This document shows, one piece after another, positions 57,573 to 64,000 of a DNA stretch of 64,000 nucleotides (position 1 is its first letter; every line of letters starts with the position of its first letter). The notes beneath the pieces were generated by a model. That model searched no databases, was not told the DNA's origin, and saw only the letters and a list, made by a program, of their open reading frames with translations. Location of the stretch: assembly GCA_046563655.1 (NCBI GenBank), contig CM102286.1:14508001-14572000 (forward strand). Direction: 5' to 3'. The DNA is from Yuukianura sp. NJ FZ-2021 (Eukaryota). A program made the position numbers and the translations under genes.

Positions 57573-60044
57573 ATGGCTAAAGCTTTATGCAGTTGTGCTA
57601 TAGCGTTAGCAATAGTGTTGACCTTGTTGACCTGGTCAGCCGACGGGGTCACGCTCACAATTCTCCATACGAATGACGTCCACTCCAGATTTTTGGAAAC
57701 AAATCGCTACAGTGGCGGATGCTCGGAAGAAGAGAAAGCGAAAAAAGAGTGTTACGGTGGATTTTCCAGACTTCATTACAAAGTAAGTTGTGGAACAAAT
57801 TTTTTTTGAAATTTTTAAAAATTTCGAAATTTTGAATTTTAGGTAAACGAAATACGACGAACACATCCCAACGTAGTGTACCTGTCGGGCGGCGACTATT
57901 TCCAGGGCACAGTGTGGTACACGCTGTACAAATGGCAACTCGTGGCGCAATTTGTGAACGAATTTCAACATACTGCAATGGTAAGCCAAAACAGCTTTTT
58001 TGAAAACTTTTTTTTATTGTTCAAAATTTTGGTTTTTAGGCTTTTGGAAACCATGAATTTGACGATGGAGTGGACGGTTTATTACCATTTGTGAACAACG
58101 TAACATTCCCTCTTGTGTCTGCAAATATCGACGCTTCTAAAGAACCACGATTGGCGGGAAAATTTAAAAAGTCGATTGTCAAGGAATACGAGGGGAAAAA
58201 AGTCGGAATTATCGGATACACCACGACAGAAACTCTAGTAATGTCTTTATATAATTAAATGTATTAATTAAAATTAATTGCTTTAATTATATTATTTTTT
58301 AGGATATTTCTAAACCGGGTAACCTCATATTTACTGACGAGGTGAAAGCAGTAACAGCGGAAGCTAAAAGACTACATGACGAAGGTGTTAAAATCATCAT
58401 TGCCGTGGGGCATGCCGGGTACGACGTTGACATGAAAGTGGCGACTGCTCCTCACGTTGACGTTGTCGTCGGTGGACACACAAATACATTTCTATATACA
58501 GGTATGAATTCAAAATCAAAATTTTGAAAAAAAAAACCTCAAACAAAAAATTTCAAAAATTTTGTAGGAGCCAAACCTGATGTCGAGGAAATCGTTGGAC
58601 CGTATCCCACAGTCGTGACTACCAAAGAAGGAAGACGTGTTCCTGTTGTTCAGGTGAGAAAAAACTCAACTCATGCTAATTACATTTTGATGCTAATCAA
58701 GTCACACCTTATTATCAGCGTTGTCAAAAATATGTGCTAAAAACAAACGAAATATGGAGAAATTTTTTTTTAAACTCGCCAAATATTTAGTTATTTAAAG
58801 TTAAAGGCATGGGTAAATAAATAAATACTTGATTAAAAACACTGCAAATATTTTTTATTAACACTACCGGCATGGGAATTAAATATTTTTGACATCCCTG
58901 CTTATTTTTAAAAACTGAAATTTTAAATTCTGACTTTTTTTTAAATTTAGGCTTACGCTTTTGGGAAATACTTGGGATACTTGAACGTTACTTTCGACGA
59001 CGCAGGAAAAGCGACCAATTGGACCGGAAATCCGATACTGCTTGACGGTAAAGTACCGCAAGATGCCAAGATGGAGGCGGAGCTGCTAATTGCTGGAGAA
59101 GAAGTGGTCAATAGCAGTCGCAAGGAAGTGGGCAAAACGCGGGTATTTTTGGACGGAAGTACGATGACGTGTCGCTTAGTCGAATGTAACCTTGGCAACC
59201 TGGTGGCTGACGCCATGGTGCACATGGTAGACACTGAAATACTTCCAAAATTCATAAAAATGTTAAATTTTTTTTAAAAAGTTAATTTTTTTTTGAAAAT
59301 TTAAATTTTTTTAAATTCCAGCATGTCCAGTTTGCCGATGACGAGCACTGGAGCCAAGTATCGCTGGCTTTTATGCATGGCGGTGGCGTTCGATCCTCAA
59401 TTGACGAAACTGCACGAAAAGGCGTGATTTCTCTGGAGGACATTTTGACAGTGTTTCCATTTCAGAATACAATTGACCTTGTGGAGGTCAAAGGCAAAAT
59501 TCTAAAAGAAGCTTTTGAATTTTCCGTGAAAGATTATGATCCAAAGGGGTTTCACTTGGCGGGAAAATTCATGCAAGTATCGGGATTCAAAGTGACCTAT
59601 GACATACGCAAACCAGAAGGTCAAAGGGTCATTGAACTCTTGGCACTCTGTAGCAAATGTAGAGTGCCCAAGTATGAACCGGTAGAGGATGACCTTGTGT
59701 ACCTTGTGGCCATGCCCACGTACCTGGCACAAGGCGGAGACGGGTACAAGATGATTGCCAACAACAGAGAAAATTATCATCGGTCAGGTATGTATAAAAG
59801 GTCAATGACCTTTGACATTTGTGCTAATGACCTTTGACCTTTACTTGCAGGAATTCTGGACACTGACATGCTGATGGAGTATATCCAGCGAAGGAGTCCC
59901 ATTACGCAAGGTCTGGAAGGTCGCATCAAAATTATCAACGAAGGAGACGCCGTTCCAGAATGTAATTCTGCCACGGCTCGTCAGATGTCGCTGGTTGCAC
60001 TTCTCTTAACCATTACTGCCAGCATAACTTTAACAACAACCTAA
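57573..60044 (+). CDS. NT5E: Ecto-5'-nucleotidase/apyrase family (CD73-like), probably GPI-anchored
   Basis: Signal peptide; metallophosphoesterase motifs HTNDVHS, GDYFQGT, GNHEFD, GGHTN; ECNLGNLVADAM; GGDGY; hydrophobic C-terminal tail after NSA. Confidence 0.93.
58716..58900. mobile_element. hAT-type MITE, copy 2 (inverted relative to 22197-22383), in a nucleotidase intron
   Basis: Aligns along its length with the reverse complement of copy 1; 8-bp TSD CTTATTAT/CTTATTTT. Confidence 0.8.
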
Positions 60045-61028
60045 GTAATCTAACCAAAATAGTTAGCCTAATCTAACAAAACCTTAGAATCTCATCATAT
60101 GACGAAATAATTCAACTTCAGCGGGGTCAAGGTCAAAGAACTCCTCACCACCCCCAGCTTTTTTCATGTAAGTTACCATAATGCATGCCCATGAAATTCC
60201 AAAACTTGCAAAATGTCTCAAATTGCACATTTCAAAATTTCGAGCTTTTAAAAAGAAGCTTTGTTGAGCCTATCCTAACTTAATGGTGAACTTTGACCTT
60301 TTATCATTCTCTCTTTGAAAATTTTGAAATTGTAGTTCTAAATACTGTTGAGGAAGAGGGGCTTAAAGGTGCATTGATAAACCTACTAAAATGATTTGTA
60401 CACACTTGAACACAAGTTTTAGAAGATGAAATAAAACGCTTTCAAAACACTTCAAAATGCTAAAAAACCAAAAATATCCTCGTATTGGGCAATACAAACG
60501 TCATGATCACCAGAAAAGCAAACAGTTTTAAGTTCTGAGTTATGAAAAGTACATTGATCAAATATTTGCAATTCCAAAAAATCAAAAGTCCAAGTTATTT
60601 GCACATTCCAAAAACATGGTCACCTCAAATTCAAATTGGCCGTTTTTTGTCCAAAAGTCAACACACGAGTGACGAAAACTTTACTTTTTCAAGTGGTTTT
60701 TAATTGGTTAGCGTGAATTTGCCAATGATTTTGTGAAGTGTGTGAATTAGTTTTGTCAAAAAGTGATACAATTCAAAAGTTATTAAATAAAGGAATCACC
60801 GCTTAAGTGGTAATCAGCGCTGCTAAAAAAACTTTTAGTGGAGCAAATCAATCCAGGAAATTCAGTTGACTCTGGACAGGTGAAGCAATCGCTTCTGCGT
60901 CGTCCCTCCTATTTTGAGAAGTTTTTAGTAATTAGAGTTTTGATAAATTTGAAAATTTGAAAATTATCTTTAGTTTTAAGTAATTACTTTGGGTAATTAG
61001 CCAAATCTAACCTTGATTAACCTTACAC

Positions 61029-63993
61029 ATGGATGAAAGTGAGGCGTTGAGAGTGAATAGTGACAAAGGTCAAAGTGAGGATGGCGCTGGAAATTTAACT
61101 TTGAAATTGCCAGTCAGCGCTAATTGTTCAGCAAATGCCTCGAGGCGTCCAAGTTTTCAAATCGGAGATGAAAGCGGCGGTGTCGTTCCTGTCACAGTGA
61201 GAAATTTTTTTAAAAAGTAGTTGTTTTTTTTGAAAATTTAGTACCGTAAACTTTCTTGTTGTTGGTGGATCACGGTGAGGATTTTAAAAAGTAACTTTTT
61301 TGAAAGAAAAAAAGGTAGAAGAAATTTTGAAAAAAAAAAGTAGGTTTTTTGAACGTTTGTGGGATTACCGTAAAGTTTCTTGTAGTTGGTGGGTCCGGAT
61401 GATGAAGAAGTGACCTTGGATGACATCGTGGTCCCACCGGACGGTGGGTGGGGGTGGGTCGTCGTCTTTGCAGCCTTCATGTGCAACTTGATTGTTGACG
61501 GAACAATATTTTCTTTTGGAATTATGCAAGATGAAATTGTCAAAGCTTCATCGCCGATTGAATCTGAAAGAGTTTCAGTGTCCACAGTAGCCTGGATTGG
61601 AAGTCTCCTGTTTGGATTTACCTTGCTCTCCGGTAAAATTTCAAAATTTTAAAAATTTTAAAAAACTTTTCCAAATTCAAATCATGTTTTGTTCCAGGTC
61701 CCTTTGTATCTGCTCTGGCAAACAAATTTGGATTTCGTGTCGTGGGAATGGCTGGAAGTATAATTTCTGCATCAGCATTTACTGTAGCTTGGGCGTTTAC
61801 GGACAAAGAAACAGGCGAAGCGAACCTGGCCGTTATGTTTGTGGTTTACGGTATTATTGGTGGAATTGGTTTTAGCCTCATCTACGTTCCAGCAGTCATC
61901 ACTGTCGGATTCTACTTTGACAAAAAACGGGCCCTAGCAACCGGAATTGCCATTTGCGGCTCAGGGTCAGTTTCCAAATTTCAAAATTTTCAAAAACTTT
62001 TCAAAATTTTGAAATTTCAGATGTGGTACATTCCTGTTTGCTCCTCTGTCTGCTTTCCTAATCAAAGAATTCGGCTGGAACAATGCTCTGCTAATCCAGG
62101 CTGGTCTATTGTTCTCTTGTCTCATCTTTGGTTCACTCTATCGTCCACTTCGTCCCGTACGAAATCCAAAAGCAGGTAAACATTTTCCCGTCAAAATTTT
62201 TTCAAAATTTTGAAATTGCGAAAATTAATTTTCGAAATTCAAACCAAGACTATGACGATGAGGCTTCTGCCAGTGGAACTCCTTTGCTCATGCGCATTAA
62301 GCGTGCCAGGGACAATGACATGGAAAAATGGGAGTCTGTTAACAGCGTTAACGAAACCGGAAATGCCAAAGACGGAAACAAGTCTATTCGCAAAAACGCT
62401 TCTGCACCGTTGCTCAAAGACAAAATTCGACGCACCTCGGGCGCGTCAAATTCTAACGCGCCCATTGGCTCTTTGGATGTGCAAAGGAAAATTTCGATGC
62501 CCAGCAGGCCATCGGCGGGAATGAATTTGAATTTGGCGGGAATTGAAGAAGAGCATGAACATGATCATGAATGGAAGGGGAGACGAAAATGAAAAAACGA
62601 TGGACGATCCAGAGAAAATGAGGAGGAGACTTAGTTCAGGTATGGCAAATTTGAAAAAAGTTAAAAATTTTGAAAGAATTCAAAATTTTGAGAAGAATTT
62701 TGTTGAAAAGAGGGAAGACGGAGAAGAATTTCGACTGCCATTTCGGTTACTGACTGGGATGAATCTACCGGTGGATTTCGGAAACGCAAACAAAGTGTGA
62801 CCTTGATGCTTTCCAATTCTGCACTGCTCAATACAGCTGAAATGTCGCAGTCACGCATTTTGCGACTCCGCGACAAATCGGTACTTAACAAACCGATGTA
62901 TCGAGACGACATTTTTCTGGCTGGAAGTTTGCAAGCTATTCCGGAAAAATCCATGTCCAAAACCGACATCAATGTAATTTCTTTCCAAAATTCAAAAAAC
63001 TCTATTTTTGGTTTCTTAGAAAATTTTTAGTTTTGTTTGAACTTTCAAAAAAATTTTTAGGCTAGCACAACGTTAGCTGCACTGGATTTAGAACATGCCA
63101 CGGACACTTCAAATTCAAAAAAATGGAAACTAAAATTCGACGTGATCACAAAAATGCTGGATTTTTCTTTACTAAAATCTCCGACATTTTTGCTTCTGTC
63201 TTTGTCTGGGTTTATAACATTGCTTGGATACTCCATTCCATTTATTTACTTGAAAGGTAAAATCCAAAATTTCGAAATTTCGAAAAGTAAAAATTTCAAA
63301 AATTTTGAATTTAGGATGTGCTGTTAGCAATGGAGTGGATCCAGGTCAAGCCACTCTGTTGATTTCGATTATCGGAGTGACGAATACAATTGGTCGAATA
63401 ATTTCCGGTGGAATTGCAGACAGTCCGCGCGTCAATTCTTTATTTGTTAACAACGCGGCGCTGACTGTCAGCGGTATTGCCACCGCCGCGGTGCCGCTGA
63501 TTGGCCAGCTTGGATTTCCTGCATACATCACCTACTCTTGTGTTTTTGGATTTGCAATGGGTATGACCTTTGACCTTTGACCTTTGGATGACCTTTGTTA
63601 TGTAATCTGATTGTAATTTTTAGCATGTTTTGCCTCTTTGCGTTCCATTTTGCTGGTGGAGTTGCTGGGACTGAATAAGCTGACAAACGCTTTCGGACTT
63701 CTGTTACTCTTCCAAGGTCTTGCAGCAATGTGCGGATCACCACTGGCAGGTATACATGCAAATTATGTGCAAAAATAGTAGCAAATTAAAGTTTTTGCAA
63801 AGAACTTGCAAAAACTGTTTTTTACTTATGTTTTTAATTCCTAGGTGCGTTGTTTGACATGACTGGAACTTTTGACATGTCGTTCTACGTGGCTGGAGGA
63901 CTCATGTTACTTTCTGGAGTCATGTGCTATCCTCTGAATGCAATTAACAACTGGGAGTCAAAGAAAAACGAAACAAAAACAGAAGAAAAATGA
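61029..63993 (+). CDS. Monocarboxylate transporter (SLC16/MFS), with an apparent frameshift near 62570-62590
   Basis: PPDGGWGWVVV signature, YFDKKRALATGIA, loop motif PMYRDDIF.AGSL, GRIISGGIAD and further TM helices; TGA 63991-93. Confidence 0.88.
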
Positions 63994-64000
63994 GTTTCTT

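Overview
AT-rich, gene-dense eukaryotic DNA with short GT-AG introns. The orthologue-like sequences (vnd, shaggy, Plc21C, cactus, me31B, Pkc98E, an ETH-like PRIamide precursor) point to an arthropod. I assembled about 15 spliced genes by eye: the 3' part of an LRR-like gene, Ada2b, an NK2.2/vnd homeobox, an ETH-like neuropeptide precursor, GSK3, PLC-beta, IkB/cactus, DDX6, novel PKC (epsilon type), a secreted Gly/Trp/Lys-rich protein, a 99-aa orphan, two tandem single-WAP genes, a GPI-type 5'-nucleotidase and an MCT/SLC16 transporter. Small mobile elements are common: TA-flanked MITEs, hAT-type MITEs, a tRNA-derived SINE-like pair, an ORF1-only retroposon with a 16-bp TSD, and a BED-finger hAT derivative carrying a 13x35-bp palindromic array. 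Most notable: (1) tRNA-like elements that make up almost whole introns, one starting exactly at the splice donor; (2) an intron built from tandem IR1 (ecdysone-response-element-like) palindromes; (3) the ORF1-only retroposon; (4) the cryptic ETH-like gene; (5) a frameshift splitting the MCT gene. All family calls come from motif recognition; no searches were run.
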